A stretch of DNA of 64,000 nucleotides from Pseudomonadota bacterium (lineage in GTDB: Bacteria > Pseudomonadota > Alphaproteobacteria > Rickettsiales > UBA3002): the NCBI GenBank assembly GCA_040384265.1, contig JAZKJM010000005.1, positions 501,332-565,331 of the forward strand, in the 5' to 3' direction. Each line of letters begins with the position of its first letter. The stretch's first letter is position 1. The translations under genes and the position numbers were made by a program. The notes beneath the pieces are model-generated. The model saw only the letters and a list, made by a program, of their open reading frames with translations, had not been told where the DNA came from and did not search any database. This document shows, in pieces, positions 48,351 to 59,535 of the stretch.

Positions 48351-48454
48351 GCCTCCTGTCTAAAAGGTCGTATAATAAGAAGCGATAAGGAATCGCAGCG
48401 CAACGAATAATGACTGGAAGTCATCAGATTTAATTATTCGAACCAGGGGCTATT

Positions 48455-48471
48455 TTTACACTTTCGCTACA
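48455..48471 (+). promoter_or_regulatory. Possible KdpE box (TTTACA-N5-GCTACA direct half-sites, 11-nt register)
   Basis: ctatTTTTACActttcGCTACAtcgc lies ~40 nt upstream of the first small ORF of the kdp operon. It resembles the E. coli kdpFABC operator layout as I recall it (TTTATA/TTTACA half-sites). Confidence 0.3.
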
Positions 48472-48509
48472 TCGCACTCGCTACCCTAAGGGCAGCATTG
48501 GAGTGACGT

Positions 48510-48599
48510 ATGGATATTGTTTACTTTCTTCTCAGCCTTAGTTTTTTCGCCGCAACCGCCGCGATAATGCGAGGCTTTGGCAAGCTGACGGGGGAATGA
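48510..48599 (+). CDS. 29-codon hydrophobic ORF immediately upstream of kdpF (hypothetical small membrane peptide)
   Basis: Own reading: GGAG-N6-ATG, MDIVYFLLSLSFFAATAAIMRGFGKLTGE*. Its stop is 1 nt before the kdpF ATG. Not in the ORF track (too short). Confidence 0.35.
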   Translation: MDIVYFLLSLSFFAATAAIMRGFGKLTGE

Positions 48600-48600
48600 G

Positions 48601-48693
48601 ATGGACCCGCTGCTGATCATTAGCGCCCTCGCCGCGCTTATTCTGTTCATTTACCTTTTCACCGCGTTGCTCAAACCGGAGCTATTCCCATGA
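48601..48693 (+). CDS. kdpF: K+-transporting ATPase subunit F
   Basis: Own reading: [30 protein letters not shown]. The YLxxALLxPExF motif is the KdpF signature. ATGA overlap with kdpA. Confidence 0.8.
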   Translation: MDPLLIISALAALILFIYLFTALLKPELFP

Positions 48694-50441
48694 CCATCGA
48701 TAACGGCACATTGCAAATCATTCTCTATTTCGTCGTGCTGTTTGCACTGGTGAAGCCTCTGGGCGGCTATATGGCGCGCGTCTACGAGGGCAAAGTCACA
48801 TGGCTCGGTTTCGTTGAGCGCCTCTTTTATCGCTCGGCGGGCATTGATCCCAAAACCGAGATGACCTGGAAACAATATGCCAAGGCACTTCTAGCCTTCA
48901 GTCTCGGTGGGCTGATCCTGCTTTATGCCATGCTCCGTTGGCAATCGCACCTGCCGTGGAACCCGATGGGTATGGCGGATTTAACACCGCATCTGGCATT
49001 CAATACGGCGGTCAGCTTCATCACCAACACCAACTGGCAGTCTTATGGCGGTGAAAGCACCATGAGTTATTTCAGCCAGTTCTTCGGCCTGACCATGCAG
49101 AACTTTGCGTCTGCTGCAGCGGGCATGGCTGTGCTTGTTGCGCTGATTCGCGGGCTGGCGCGCCGTAATAGCACAACGCTCGGCAACTTCTGGGTCGATA
49201 TGCTGCGTGGCACTCTCTATATCCTCCTGCCGCTCGCGCTGCTTTATACGGCATTGCTGGCTGGCCAAGGCGTGGTGCAAACCTTCTCGCCCTCGATCAA
49301 CGCTCCCATGGTGGAAGCACAGCAAGTGGCTGAGGTGAAGGATGCCAGCGGCACCGTCACTACTCCTGCGCAGACTGTGACTGAGCAGGCAATAGCCGTT
49401 GGCCCTGCCGCTTCGCAAATTGCGATCAAGCAGCTCGGTACTAATGGCGGTGGATTCTTCAATGCCAACTCGGCGCATCCGTTCGAGAACCCAACACCGT
49501 TCTCCAACTTCCTCGAGATGATCGCCATCCTGCTGATTCCAGCAGCATTGTGCTACACGTTCGGCGCAATGATTGGTGATCGTCGCCAGGGCTGGGCGGT
49601 GCTGATCGCAATGACCGTCATCTTCGTGCCGCTGATGCTCTTTGGCGTGGCGCAGGAACAGCACGGTAATCCGAAGCTGGAAGCGCTGGGCATTACTCAT
49701 GCCGGGAATATGGAGGGAAAAGAAACCCGGTTCGGCATTACCAACTCGGCGCTTTTTGCAGCGGCCACCACCGCAGCCTCTAACGGCTCCGTCAACGCGA
49801 TGCATGATTCCTTCACGCCTCTTGGCGGGCTGGTGCCGCTGATCCTCATCCAGTTCGGTGAAGTCATCTATGGCGGTGTCGGTTCCGGGCTTTATGGCAT
49901 GCTCGTATTCGTCATCATCACCGTATTCATTGCGGGGCTGATGGTTGGGCGCACGCCGGAGTATCTCGGCAAAAAGATTGGTGCGTTCGAGATCAAGATG
50001 GCCTCGGTCGCTATTCTGGTGATGCCTGTGACAGTATTATTCGGGACGGCGCTTGCGGTGCTGCTTGAAGCAGGGCGCGCGGGCATGCTCAATCCCGGCG
50101 CACAGGGCTTCTCGGAAATCCTCTATGCTATCAGCTCGGCGGGCAACAATAACGGCAGCGCCTTCGGTGGTCTAACCGCCAACACGGAATTCTATAACAC
50201 GCTGCTTGCTATCGCCATGTTGATCGGGCGCTTCTGGATCATCATCCCGGTATTGGCGATTGCCGGAAGCATGGCTGCTAAAACACCCACCCCGCCGAGC
50301 AGCGGTACGTTGCCGACGCACACCCCGCTTTTCATCGGCTTTCTTGTCGGGGCCATCATTCTCGTCGGTGTGCTGACCTTCGTGCCTGCCTTGGCACTGG
50401 GGCCGGTGACGGAACATCTCACCATGATTTCGGGTAAATAA
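48690..50441 (+). CDS. kdpA: K+-transporting ATPase subunit A
   Basis: 583 aa, polytopic. [24 protein letters not shown] and [10 protein letters not shown] are typical of KdpA. Confidence 0.95.
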   Translation: MTIDNGTLQIILYFVVLFALVKPLGGYMARVYEGKVTWLGFVERLFYRSAGIDPKTEMTWKQYAKALLAFSLGGLILLYAMLRWQSHLPWNPMGMADLTPHLAFNTAVSFITNTNWQSYGGESTMSYFSQFFGLTMQNFASAAAGMAVLVALIRGLARRNSTTLGNFWVDMLRGTLYILLPLALLYTALLAGQGVVQTFSPSINAPMVEAQQVAEVKDASGTVTTPAQTVTEQAIAVGPAASQIAIKQLGTNGGGFFNANSAHPFENPTPFSNFLEMIAILLIPAALCYTFGAMIGDRRQGWAVLIAMTVIFVPLMLFGVAQEQHGNPKLEALGITHAGNMEGKETRFGITNSALFAAATTAASNGSVNAMHDSFTPLGGLVPLILIQFGEVIYGGVGSGLYGMLVFVIITVFIAGLMVGRTPEYLGKKIGAFEIKMASVAILVMPVTVLFGTALAVLLEAGRAGMLNPGAQGFSEILYAISSAGNNNGSAFGGLTANTEFYNTLLAIAMLIGRFWIIIPVLAIAGSMAAKTPTPPSSGTLPTHTPLFIGFLVGAIILVGVLTFVPALALGPVTEHLTMISGK

Positions 50442-50442
50442 C

Positions 50443-52515
50443 ATGACCACGCAAACCGCCAGCTTCTCGCCTACCGATCCCGCTGTCATCAAAACGGCCG
50501 CCCTGTCAGCCTTGCGCAAGCTTGGGCCGAAGACGCAGCTGCGCAATCCAGTGATGTTCGTGGTCTATATCGGCAGCATCATCACCAGCATTTTTTGGCT
50601 GCAAAGCTTGGTGAAATCCAGCAGTGAGCCGAGCTGGTTCATCTTCTCCATCTCGGCATGGCTATGGTTCACCGTGCTATTCGCTAACTTTGCTGAGAGC
50701 ATGGCGGAAGGCCGTGGTAAAGCGCAAGCCAAGCATCTCAAAGCATCGCGCCGGGATACGATGGCTAAGAAGTTAGCCAACGCTTCAGATCGCAGCCATT
50801 ATAAATCCGTCGCATCAACGCAGTTGCGGATTGGTGATTTGATCATCGTTGAGGCTGGGGAATTCATTCCTGGTGATGGACAAGTGGTTGAGGGCATTGC
50901 CTCAGTCGATGAAAGCGCCATCACCGGTGAATCCGCCCCCGTCATCCGCGAATCTGGCGGCGACCGAGATTCCGTTACCGGCGGCACGCGTCTGTTGTCG
51001 GATTGGCTCATCATCAAAATCACCGCCAACCCCGGTGAGATGTTCATCGATAAGATGATCAATCTGGTCGAAGGCGCGAAACGCCAGAAAACCCCGAATG
51101 AAATTGCACTGTCGATCTTGCTGGCTGCACTGACGCTGATCTTCCTGATCGTCACCGCCTCGCTGTTGCCATTCTCCATTTTCGGCGTGCATCAGTCCGG
51201 CCAAGGCGAAGTAGTAAGCATCACTGTGCTTGTGTCACTGCTGGTCTGTCTCGCGCCTACCACTATCGGCGGTTTACTCTCGGCCATTGGTATCGCGGGT
51301 ATGAGCCGCCTGATGAAAGCGAACGTCATCGCCATGTCCGGTCGTGCGGTGGAAGCCGCGGGCGATGTGAATGTGCTGCTGCTCGATAAAACTGGCACGA
51401 TTACTTTCGGCAACCGTCAGGCGGTAGCGTTTATTCCTGCAACTGGTGTGACGGTGCTCGAGCTGGCGTTGGCGGCTGAGCAATCCTCACTGGCTGATGA
51501 AACGCCGGAAGGCCGCAGCATTGTCGCCTTGGCGCATAACGAGCATAAAATCGCTCCAAGCGATGCTGTGCAGCTCCAAGCGACGGTAATCCCATTCACT
51601 GCAGAAACACGCCTCAGCGGCATCAAACAGGCCAAGCGCGTGGTGCTGAAGGGCGCGGTGGACGCTATCGCCAAGCATCTCAAAACCCTCGGTGCAGCAC
51701 TCGATAACCATGTGCGTCTGGAAGCCGAGAAAATAGCCCGTACCGGAGGAACGCCACTGGTCGTCGCCGAGAACGACCGTACACTTGGGGTGATTCACCT
51801 GAAGGATGTGGTGAAGCCCGGCATTAAAATCCGCCTCCATGCGCTGCGCCGTATGGGCATCAAAAGCATTATGATCACTGGCGATAATCCCCTCACCGCT
51901 GCTGCCATTGCGGCGGAAGCCGGGGTCGATGACTTCCTCGCCGAGGCAACGCCAGAGGACAAACTCAAGCTCATCCGCGAGAAACAGAAGAATGGCGAGA
52001 TGGTCGCCATGGTAGGCGATGGCACCAACGATGCGCCCGCGCTTGCGCAATCAGACGTAGCCGTAGTGATGAACTCCGGCACGCAGGCTGCCAAAGAAGC
52101 CGGTAACATGGTCGATCTGGATTCTGACCCCACCAAGCTGATCGAGATCGTCGAAATTGGTAAGCAACTGCTGATGACACGCGGTGCGCTAACGACATTC
52201 TCCATCGCCAACGACATCGCTAAATATTTCGCCATTGTGCCGTTCGCGTTCGCCAGCACCTATCCTGTGCTGACACGCCTCGATATTATGGGGCTTGGCT
52301 CGGCGCATAATGCCATTCTCTCGGCAGTTATCTTCAATGCATTGGTCATCGTCGCCCTTATTCCGTTAGCCCTCAAAGGCATTAAATATCGCCCGGTCGG
52401 TGCAGAAGCAGCCCTGCGCCACCACGCCCTTGTCTATGGCCTCGGCGGCATTGCTGTGCCGTTTATCGGCATTAAAGCCATCTCACTCGTTCTTGCCTTC
52501 ATCGGCGTTGCATAG
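50443..52515 (+). CDS. kdpB: K+-transporting ATPase subunit B (P-type ATPase)
   Basis: 690 aa. DKTGTIT phosphorylation motif, [22 protein letters not shown]. Confidence 0.95.
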   Translation: MTTQTASFSPTDPAVIKTAALSALRKLGPKTQLRNPVMFVVYIGSIITSIFWLQSLVKSSSEPSWFIFSISAWLWFTVLFANFAESMAEGRGKAQAKHLKASRRDTMAKKLANASDRSHYKSVASTQLRIGDLIIVEAGEFIPGDGQVVEGIASVDESAITGESAPVIRESGGDRDSVTGGTRLLSDWLIIKITANPGEMFIDKMINLVEGAKRQKTPNEIALSILLAALTLIFLIVTASLLPFSIFGVHQSGQGEVVSITVLVSLLVCLAPTTIGGLLSAIGIAGMSRLMKANVIAMSGRAVEAAGDVNVLLLDKTGTITFGNRQAVAFIPATGVTVLELALAAEQSSLADETPEGRSIVALAHNEHKIAPSDAVQLQATVIPFTAETRLSGIKQAKRVVLKGAVDAIAKHLKTLGAALDNHVRLEAEKIARTGGTPLVVAENDRTLGVIHLKDVVKPGIKIRLHALRRMGIKSIMITGDNPLTAAAIAAEAGVDDFLAEATPEDKLKLIREKQKNGEMVAMVGDGTNDAPALAQSDVAVVMNSGTQAAKEAGNMVDLDSDPTKLIEIVEIGKQLLMTRGALTTFSIANDIAKYFAIVPFAFASTYPVLTRLDIMGLGSAHNAILSAVIFNALVIVALIPLALKGIKYRPVGAEAALRHHALVYGLGGIAVPFIGIKAISLVLAFIGVA

Positions 52516-52523
52516 AGGATCAT

Positions 52524-53096
52524 ATGAACCAGATTCGCCCCACCATTAGTTTTCTTCTGCTCCTTAGCCTCTTGTTCGGCGCAGCCTATCCACTCCTCAC
52601 CACCAGTATGGCAAACGCCGTGTTCCCGCACGAAGCGCAGGGTAGCTTGCTGACGGACAAAACAGGTAAACCGTTGGGCTCTGCATTGGTTGGCCAGAAT
52701 TTCACCCAGCCGCACTATTTTTGGGGAAGAATATCCGCCACTGCTCCCTATAGCTACAATGCCTCAGCCTCATCCGGCAGTAACTACGGTTCCAATAATC
52801 CAGCTTTGCTGGATGCCGCCAACGCTCGCATCACCGCTTTACGGACGGCCGATCCATTGAACACAGCGCCGGTGCCGGTAGATTTAGTAACTGCGTCGGG
52901 TAGTGGCCTTGATCCACACATCAGTGTGGCGGCCACAGAATACCAGCTTGCCCGGGTGGCACGCGCTCGTGGTTTATCCGAAGCAAAGCTACGTGAGTTG
53001 GTGGCCCACTATACGCAAGGCCGCCAGTTTGGCGTGCTTGGAGAGCCACGCGTTAATGTCCTAAAACTGAATTTAGCACTGGATGGGAAGTTGTAA
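52524..53096 (+). CDS. kdpC: K+-transporting ATPase subunit C
   Basis: 190 aa. One TM helix, [23 protein letters not shown]: typical KdpC. Confidence 0.9.
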   Translation: MNQIRPTISFLLLLSLLFGAAYPLLTTSMANAVFPHEAQGSLLTDKTGKPLGSALVGQNFTQPHYFWGRISATAPYSYNASASSGSNYGSNNPALLDAANARITALRTADPLNTAPVPVDLVTASGSGLDPHISVAATEYQLARVARARGLSEAKLRELVAHYTQGRQFGVLGEPRVNVLKLNLALDGKL

Positions 53097-53125
53097 TTTC
53101 ATCAAGAAAAGCCGATAGTTGTCGT

Positions 53126-55795
53126 ATGAAGGATGATCGACCTAATCCGGATGCATTACTTAAAACGATGCAGCATAACGCTGGAGCGAATAAACGCGGT
53201 CGCCTTAAAATATTCTTTGGTGCATGCGCCGGTGTTGGCAAAACCTACGCCATGCTTTCAGCAGCGCGCGAGAAGCATGAAGACGGCGCCTCACTACTGG
53301 TCGGCTTAGTTGAAACGCATGGGCGCATAGAAACCGAAGCGCTAGTAGAGGGTTTGCCCTATTTGCAGCGTATTACCATCGATCATCGTGGCGTGGCCGT
53401 GCATGAATTTGACCTTGATGCAGCATTAAAGGCAAAGCCGGGTTTAATTCTGGTAGATGAACTCGCCCACACCAATGCACCCGGCTCGCGTCACCCCAAG
53501 CGCTGGATGGATATTGTCGAGCTGTTGGATGCAGGCATTGATGTTTATTCCACCCTCAACGTGCAGCATGTCGAAAGCCTCAACGATATCGTCACGCGTA
53601 TTACTGGCATTCGCGTAAAAGAAACGGTGCCGGATAATGTATTCGATAGCGCAGACGAGGTTTCACTAGTCGATTTGCCGTCGGATGATTTGCTCGAGCG
53701 GTTGCGCGAAGGCAAAGTCTACACGACGGATATTGGTCGCAAGCGCGCCGCCGAGAATTTCTTTAAACGTGAGAATCTTCTGGCTTTGCGTGAGTTGGCT
53801 TTGCGCCGCGTTGCCGAGCGTTTGGATACGCACGCCGGTGAGAATGGCGGCGCACGTAAAGTTGGCGATCGGCTGGCTGTATGCATTGGCCCGGGTGACC
53901 TCACCCCTAAGCTATTGCGCACCACGAAGCGTATGGCGGACGCGCTGCGCGCTACATGGGTGGCAGTATATGTTGAGAATGCGCGCCATTACCGGCTTGG
54001 CCACGCAGCGCAACTCAAGTTGGAGCGCAATCTGCGACTGGCCGAGGAAATGGGGGGCAAGACGGAATTGCTGCAAGGGGATGATGCCGCCGTTGCCATC
54101 GCCAATTATGCCCACACCAAAGGCATTACTAAAATCATTACGGGTAAGCCGCCGAAATCCTTCTGGCGCGAACTCCTGCAACGCTCTCTGGCCAACGAAC
54201 TGATCCGCGCCAGTGACCGCATTGATGTATATGTGGTGAGTGGCAATGAGCATGTCGAGCCGCTCTCTTATAGCGAAATCAAACCGCCCTTGCGCCAATG
54301 GCGCGGCTATCTGTTTGGCATTCTGCTCACTGCGCTGATTACAGCTGGCGGCATGATGATTCGTGAGTCGTTTAACGGCGAAAACGTCATCATGCTTTAT
54401 CTACTCATTATCATTATTCTGGCCGAGCGTTATGGTTGGGCCGTCTCGATGGTCACGAGTTTTCTTGCGTTCATCTGCTTCAACCTATTTTTCGTACAGC
54501 CTTATTACTCACTGACAGTAAACAGCTATAACGATGTAGTCACACTTGTCTTGTTGCTAGGCACTGGGTTTTTTGCCAGCTTGCAAACCTCGAACCTCCA
54601 AGCACAGAGCCGATTCTTTCGCCGTAAGGAACGCAATACATCGGCACTGTATGCCATGTCCCAAGAACTGGCCAATACCCGCCAGCGTGACGATCTTACC
54701 GCGGTGATAAAACGTCGGTTGGAGCAAGCATTGGATGGTTCGGCTACTCTCTTCTTTCCCGATGCCCATGGCGATTTTGAAAGCTTTACAGGCATCCATA
54801 CGGTCGGGGTACGAGAAGAAATCGTGGTGCGTTGGGTATTCGGCCACCAGCAACCCGCCGGACTGGGAACAACGACTATGCCCAGTGTCCAAGGCTATTT
54901 CGTGCCATTGCGCGGCTCGTCAGGAACCTTTGGCGTTCTTGGTCTGATTCCCCACACTTCAGGCCACATACTCAGTCCTGAAGAAAGGGACATGGTCGAT
55001 ACGTTCGGCGCATTAGCTGCAGCTGCGCTGGAGCGCGTAACCGTTTCTGCCGTTGCTGAAACCCGCAAGGTGGAGGCAGAAAGCGAAAAGCTGCGCAATG
55101 CGCTGCTCAGTTCTGTATCCCATGATTTGCGCACGCCGCTGGCATCCATCAAAGGCGTCATCAGTAGCTTATTGCTGGAAGATGATCGCACGGATGCTGC
55201 TACCCGCCAGGAATTGCTTCATTCGGCCCACGATGAAGTGGCGCGGCTTGAACGGGTGGTTGGCAATCTACTCGATGTGACGCGGCTTGAAGGTGGCGAA
55301 GTGAAGCTGAAACTTGATTATTACTTCGCACCAGAGCTGATTGGCAGTGCCATCAAGCAAACAGCTACACTGTTAAAGCATCACTACATCACCACCGATA
55401 TTGATCCCCACCTGCCTGCCGTTTGGATTGACGGACTTCTCATTGAGCAGGTGCTGGTCAATGTATTGGAGAACGCAGCAAAATACACGCCTGCCGGCAG
55501 TACCGTTACGGTCATTGCCAAATCCATTACCCCGGAATGGTTAGAAATTGCGGTTGAAGACAATGGGCCGGGCATTCCGCAAGCGCAGGAACAGCATATT
55601 TTCGATAAGTTCACCACCTTTGCTGTCCAGCAAAACACGTATGGCGCTGGGCTTGGCTTGACTATTTGCCGCGCGATTATGCAAGTGCATGGTGGCACCA
55701 TATCTGCCCGCAATCGCGAAGTCGGCGGCGCGCGGTTTAGCTTTACCCTGCCCATTGCCGCCAACCCCGAACCGGAACAAGCCGATGCCGAGTAG
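53126..55795 (+). CDS. kdpD: Sensor histidine kinase KdpD
   Basis: 889 aa. N-terminal KdpD domain with GACAGVGKTYAML, Usp-like region, 4 TM helices, GAF-like region, H-box SVSHDLRTPL, HATPase GAGLGLTIC. Confidence 0.9.
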   Translation: MKDDRPNPDALLKTMQHNAGANKRGRLKIFFGACAGVGKTYAMLSAAREKHEDGASLLVGLVETHGRIETEALVEGLPYLQRITIDHRGVAVHEFDLDAALKAKPGLILVDELAHTNAPGSRHPKRWMDIVELLDAGIDVYSTLNVQHVESLNDIVTRITGIRVKETVPDNVFDSADEVSLVDLPSDDLLERLREGKVYTTDIGRKRAAENFFKRENLLALRELALRRVAERLDTHAGENGGARKVGDRLAVCIGPGDLTPKLLRTTKRMADALRATWVAVYVENARHYRLGHAAQLKLERNLRLAEEMGGKTELLQGDDAAVAIANYAHTKGITKIITGKPPKSFWRELLQRSLANELIRASDRIDVYVVSGNEHVEPLSYSEIKPPLRQWRGYLFGILLTALITAGGMMIRESFNGENVIMLYLLIIIILAERYGWAVSMVTSFLAFICFNLFFVQPYYSLTVNSYNDVVTLVLLLGTGFFASLQTSNLQAQSRFFRRKERNTSALYAMSQELANTRQRDDLTAVIKRRLEQALDGSATLFFPDAHGDFESFTGIHTVGVREEIVVRWVFGHQQPAGLGTTTMPSVQGYFVPLRGSSGTFGVLGLIPHTSGHILSPEERDMVDTFGALAAAALERVTVSAVAETRKVEAESEKLRNALLSSVSHDLRTPLASIKGVISSLLLEDDRTDAATRQELLHSAHDEVARLERVVGNLLDVTRLEGGEVKLKLDYYFAPELIGSAIKQTATLLKHHYITTDIDPHLPAVWIDGLLIEQVLVNVLENAAKYTPAGSTVTVIAKSITPEWLEIAVEDNGPGIPQAQEQHIFDKFTTFAVQQNTYGAGLGLTICRAIMQVHGGTISARNREVGGARFSFTLPIAANPEPEQADAE

Positions 55796-56486
55796 CAAAG
55801 CGCATATTCTCGTTATTGATGATGAGCCGCAAATCCGGCGGTTTCTGCGTGCGACGCTGATCGGCCATGCATACGAAGTTAGCGAAGCCGCGAATGCAGC
55901 AGATGGAATAAAACTGCTAAGCGTCCACCCGCCCGAATTACTCATCCTTGACCTCGGCTTGCCGGATAAAGATGGCCTCGACGTACTGAAAGAACTGCGT
56001 AGCTGGAATAACCTTCCAGTCATTGTGCTATCGGCGCGAGGTTATGAGCAGGCAAAGGTGGATGCATTGGAAGCCGGTGCGGATGATTACCTAACCAAGC
56101 CGTTTGGTGCTGCGGAGCTGCTTGCCCGCATCAAAGTCGCGCTGCGTCATGCCCGCCAAGGCACTATCCCAACCTCTGAAATATTTAAAAGCGGCGCATT
56201 AACCGTTGACCGTGAAAAGCGCGTCATCTCAGTGGATGGTGCAGATGTGCGGCTTACGCCCACCGAATACAAGCTTCTCGCTACTTTGGTGCAGAATGCA
56301 GGCAAGGTGGTCACCCATGGCCAATTACTGCGCGAAGTTTGGGGTAAGCGCAGCAGCGAGCAAGGTCACTACCTACGCGTCTACATGCAGCACTTACGCC
56401 AGAAGCTAGGAGATGACGCTCTAAACCCACGCTTCATTATTACCGAAACAGGCATTGGCTATCGCTTAAAGGAATCCGTCAGCTAA
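55785..56486 (+). CDS. kdpE: Response regulator KdpE (OmpR family)
   Basis: Frame of ORF 55689..56486. Start trimmed to ATG 55785 (MPSSKAHILVIDDEPQIRR), overlapping the kdpD stop. C-terminal winged helix (LTPTEYKLLATLV...GIGYRL). Confidence 0.9.
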   Translation: MPSSKAHILVIDDEPQIRRFLRATLIGHAYEVSEAANAADGIKLLSVHPPELLILDLGLPDKDGLDVLKELRSWNNLPVIVLSARGYEQAKVDALEAGADDYLTKPFGAAELLARIKVALRHARQGTIPTSEIFKSGALTVDREKRVISVDGADVRLTPTEYKLLATLVQNAGKVVTHGQLLREVWGKRSSEQGHYLRVYMQHLRQKLGDDALNPRFIITETGIGYRLKESVS

Positions 56487-56617
56487 GCTGCCTCTGGTAG
56501 GCGGTTGGTCATAATCGCCCAGGATTGACCTTTGCAAGGAAGCCGGGCTAAAGTGCCGGAGGGGTTAACGGCGTGTAAAATAATCTGGAAGCATGACAGG
56601 CTCCAAACGTTGCGTCG

Positions 56618-58801
56618 CTACTTACCCAACGGCGGGTGTAAGATCGGCGGCGGTGCGGAGACGGGTGGCGTTGTCATGGGGAGAACAGAAACCGGCTGAG
56701 ACGGCATCGTTGCTGTCGGGCGCTGACCACCTTCGAGAGGCTTCATCCCCGCCGCTGATTTGGCCAGCCGCACGAGGTTAATAAACTCTGCGCGGTAGCC
56801 AAATTTATCCTCACCCTTGGCCGATTCCGCCAGCGCTGCAACATCGTCGTAGGTAAAGTTTTTCGTCATACCCTCGCCGCGCAATAACTGGCCGAATGCA
56901 GCCACCGCAGTGGCAAACCGTGCATCCGTCGAGGCTTTCTCGATGCTTGGCACTTCTACCGTCGCATCAATCGGTGTGGTGATGAGCTTGCTGGTATCTT
57001 CCTTCGGCAGTTTGTAACGAATTTTCAGGAAAGCATATTCCTGCGCCGCGCTCTTAGGAGCGGCGACTTTCTTATCCGCGCCATAGCGCAGATCATCCAC
57101 CAGTTTGGCATCGCTCTGCGTTGGCGTGATTTCATACATCGCCGTCACCGCATGGCCTGCGCCAATTTCACCGGCATCGATTTTATCGTTGTTGAAATCC
57201 TCGCGTTTCAGCATGCGGGTTTCGTAACCGATCAAGCGATACTCCGCGACTTGCGCCGGGTTGAACTCAACCTGAATCTTCACGTCCTTGGCGATGGTAA
57301 ACAAGGTGCTGCCCGCTTCCTCGACCAGCACTTTGCGCGCTTCGCTCAGCGTGTCGATATAGGCCGCGTTGCCGTTGCCATTTTGCGCCAGCGTTTGCAT
57401 CATCGCGTCGTTATAGTTGCCCATCCCGAAACCGAGCACCGAGAGGAACACGCCCGAATCACGCTTGCGCTCGATGAAGCTTTTCAGCTCGTTCTGGTCT
57501 GTGATGCCGACATTAAAATCGCCATCGGTGGCGAGGATCACGCGATTAACACCCTTTTTATCGAAATTACGTTCGGCGAGCTGATAGGCCTGACGAATGC
57601 CCTCTGCACCCGCGGTCGAGCCACCTGAGTTAAAGCTATCAATCACGCTTAGGATTTTTGCCTTATCCGCAACCTTGGTCGGCTCCAGCGCGATGCCCGC
57701 ATTACCCGCATAGGTCACGATTGCCACGGTATCATCGGCCTGCAAGCTGTCGAGCAGCAGCTTGAGTGAACTCTTGAGCAGTGGCAGCTTATTGGGTGCG
57801 GTCATCGAACCCGACGTGTCGATGAGGAACACCAGATTGCTATGCGGTTTGGCCGATGGCGACACATCGTAGCCCTTAATGCCGATATGAACCAGCTTCG
57901 TTCCTTTGTTCCAGGGCGTGGGCATCACACTGACATGGGTCGCGAATGGTGCGGTTTTTTCTTTCGGCAGCGCGTAGTCATAGGGGAAATAATTCACCAT
58001 CTCTTCGATGCGCACGGAATCGTTCTGCGGCAATACATTCTGATTCAGCGATGCCCGCGCAAAAGCATAGGATGCGGTATCGACATCAATCGAGAAGGTC
58101 GAGACCGGATCCTCTTTCACCAGCTTGAGCGGGTTATCCTTCACATGCTCGAATTTATCGCGGCCTTCATCCTGGTAGCCGGGTTGGGCAATCGATTCGG
58201 GAATGGTTGGCGGCGCAATCATCCTAGAGCCGCCGAAGCTGATGCCCACGCCCCTCTCCTCAGCCCTAAGGGCGCCCAATTGCACTGTCGGTGCCGGCAT
58301 TGACGCTATGGGGGAGGCAATGGGTGCAGGCGCTAGTGGCGCAGACGCAGATAGATCTATTGTTTGACTCGTTGTCGCATCGGCTGCTGCCACGGAATTA
58401 TCCCGGGATTTTTGTAATGATGGCTTCTCTGCGGGCGCCGCGGAGATAGGTTGCCGCACTGGAACTTTCAGTGCTTCACTGCCATTGGAATCTTGAGTAA
58501 ACTGAATAAATTCGTTGTTGAGCGCACTGGTATTGAGCAAAGCCACTACCAGCGTTGCCGCACATAAACCACCGGCGACCATGTAACTTTTTTTCATAAA
58601 TGCTCCATCCTTTGGGTTCAGCATCCTGCGTGCTGTATCCATAAGACGATGCCATGTGCCGATTCCTTGGGAAGTAGGTGCATTTTTTTTGTCAAATGCA
58701 GCCAATGCCTTTTCAATAGTCTGATTTTCAACAAACTTATTGATTTCTGGCGTCGGATGATTTTTCAGCAATTTGGTGATTTTATCGATCGGGTCAGACA
58801 T
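56618..58801 (-). CDS. Membrane-spanning anti-sigma-factor-like protein with periplasmic YfbK-type von Willebrand A domain
   Basis: 727 aa. ~70-aa cytoplasmic N-terminus, one TM helix (MVAGGLCAATLVVALL), an Ala/Pro-rich linker, FSIDVDTASYAFARASL, MIDAS motif FLIDTSGSM. 8-nt overlap with the ECF sigma gene. Confidence 0.75.
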   Translation of the reverse strand: MSDPIDKITKLLKNHPTPEINKFVENQTIEKALAAFDKKNAPTSQGIGTWHRLMDTARRMLNPKDGAFMKKSYMVAGGLCAATLVVALLNTSALNNEFIQFTQDSNGSEALKVPVRQPISAAPAEKPSLQKSRDNSVAAADATTSQTIDLSASAPLAPAPIASPIASMPAPTVQLGALRAEERGVGISFGGSRMIAPPTIPESIAQPGYQDEGRDKFEHVKDNPLKLVKEDPVSTFSIDVDTASYAFARASLNQNVLPQNDSVRIEEMVNYFPYDYALPKEKTAPFATHVSVMPTPWNKGTKLVHIGIKGYDVSPSAKPHSNLVFLIDTSGSMTAPNKLPLLKSSLKLLLDSLQADDTVAIVTYAGNAGIALEPTKVADKAKILSVIDSFNSGGSTAGAEGIRQAYQLAERNFDKKGVNRVILATDGDFNVGITDQNELKSFIERKRDSGVFLSVLGFGMGNYNDAMMQTLAQNGNGNAAYIDTLSEARKVLVEEAGSTLFTIAKDVKIQVEFNPAQVAEYRLIGYETRMLKREDFNNDKIDAGEIGAGHAVTAMYEITPTQSDAKLVDDLRYGADKKVAAPKSAAQEYAFLKIRYKLPKEDTSKLITTPIDATVEVPSIEKASTDARFATAVAAFGQLLRGEGMTKNFTYDDVAALAESAKGEDKFGYRAEFINLVRLAKSAAGMKPLEGGQRPTATMPSQPVSVLPMTTPPVSAPPPILHPPLGK

Positions 58802-59339
58802 CGCCGCCCTCCATTAATGTGATGAGTTGCTTGCGCACTTCATGCATGCGCCACGAAACGGTAGATTCCTTGCAGTTCAGAATGATGGCAGCCTCGGCAT
58901 GGCTACATTCCTCAGCCAGCACTAATAATGCAGTTTCCGGCAATGGCGGTTTCAGTGCGGCAATCGCCCGGTAAAGCCAGGCCGTTTTGCGATTGGCCTC
59001 TACGGCATCGGCCGCACCCATGGCCTCCAGCTCGACATACTGCGTGTCGCGCGCCCTATCCGCACCACGTTTTTTACGAAAATCGTGGCACTGATTGACG
59101 ATGACGCGATACAGCCATGTCGAAAAACTGCTGCGGCCATTATAGCTACGGAGTTTATCAACCAAGGCCATACAGACCTCCTGCGTTACATCCTCGGCAT
59201 CGACTGCATGACCAGTAAAGCGGTATGCTACGCGGTGAATCATGCCATAATGCGCCTGCAACACTTGCCGAAACGCCTCGCGATCGCCGCGTTGCGCCTT
59301 GCTGATGATCTGCTGGCTGTCCTCGTTCATGCATCCCAC
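58794..59339 (-). CDS. ECF-subfamily RNA polymerase sigma-70 factor
   Basis: 181 aa. Region 2 (FRQVLQAHYGMIHRVAYRFTG...DAEDVTQEV) and region 4 HTH (ALLVLAEECSHAEAAIILNCKESTVSWRMHEVRKQL). The start may be ATG 59330. Confidence 0.85.
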   Translation of the reverse strand: MGCMNEDSQQIISKAQRGDREAFRQVLQAHYGMIHRVAYRFTGHAVDAEDVTQEVCMALVDKLRSYNGRSSFSTWLYRVIVNQCHDFRKKRGADRARDTQYVELEAMGAADAVEANRKTAWLYRAIAALKPPLPETALLVLAEECSHAEAAIILNCKESTVSWRMHEVRKQLITLMEGGDV

Positions 59340-59535
59340 TCGTTAGACGACACCATGCCGCAATTCCTTGGGGACAAGCAAGAAAAAGCATGTGGTTTTA
59401 TTATGTTTGCTCGTTGCAATCATTGGGGCGTGTATGGCTTGAGTACGTGTCATGAACCAGCGAGAATCGCCACCCAAATGACGGCGGCGTGAACCAAAGA
59501 AAACTGCCTCTATGATTCACGTCCAATGCAATAAC

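Noticed and set aside
59340-59380. ECF-type autoregulatory promoter (GGAAT...CGTCTAA) just upstream of the sigma gene
   Set aside because: The GGAAT-to-CGTC spacing is only ~13 nt. The putative -10 lies about 10 nt from the start codon, leaving no room for a normal leader. It is too weak to call.
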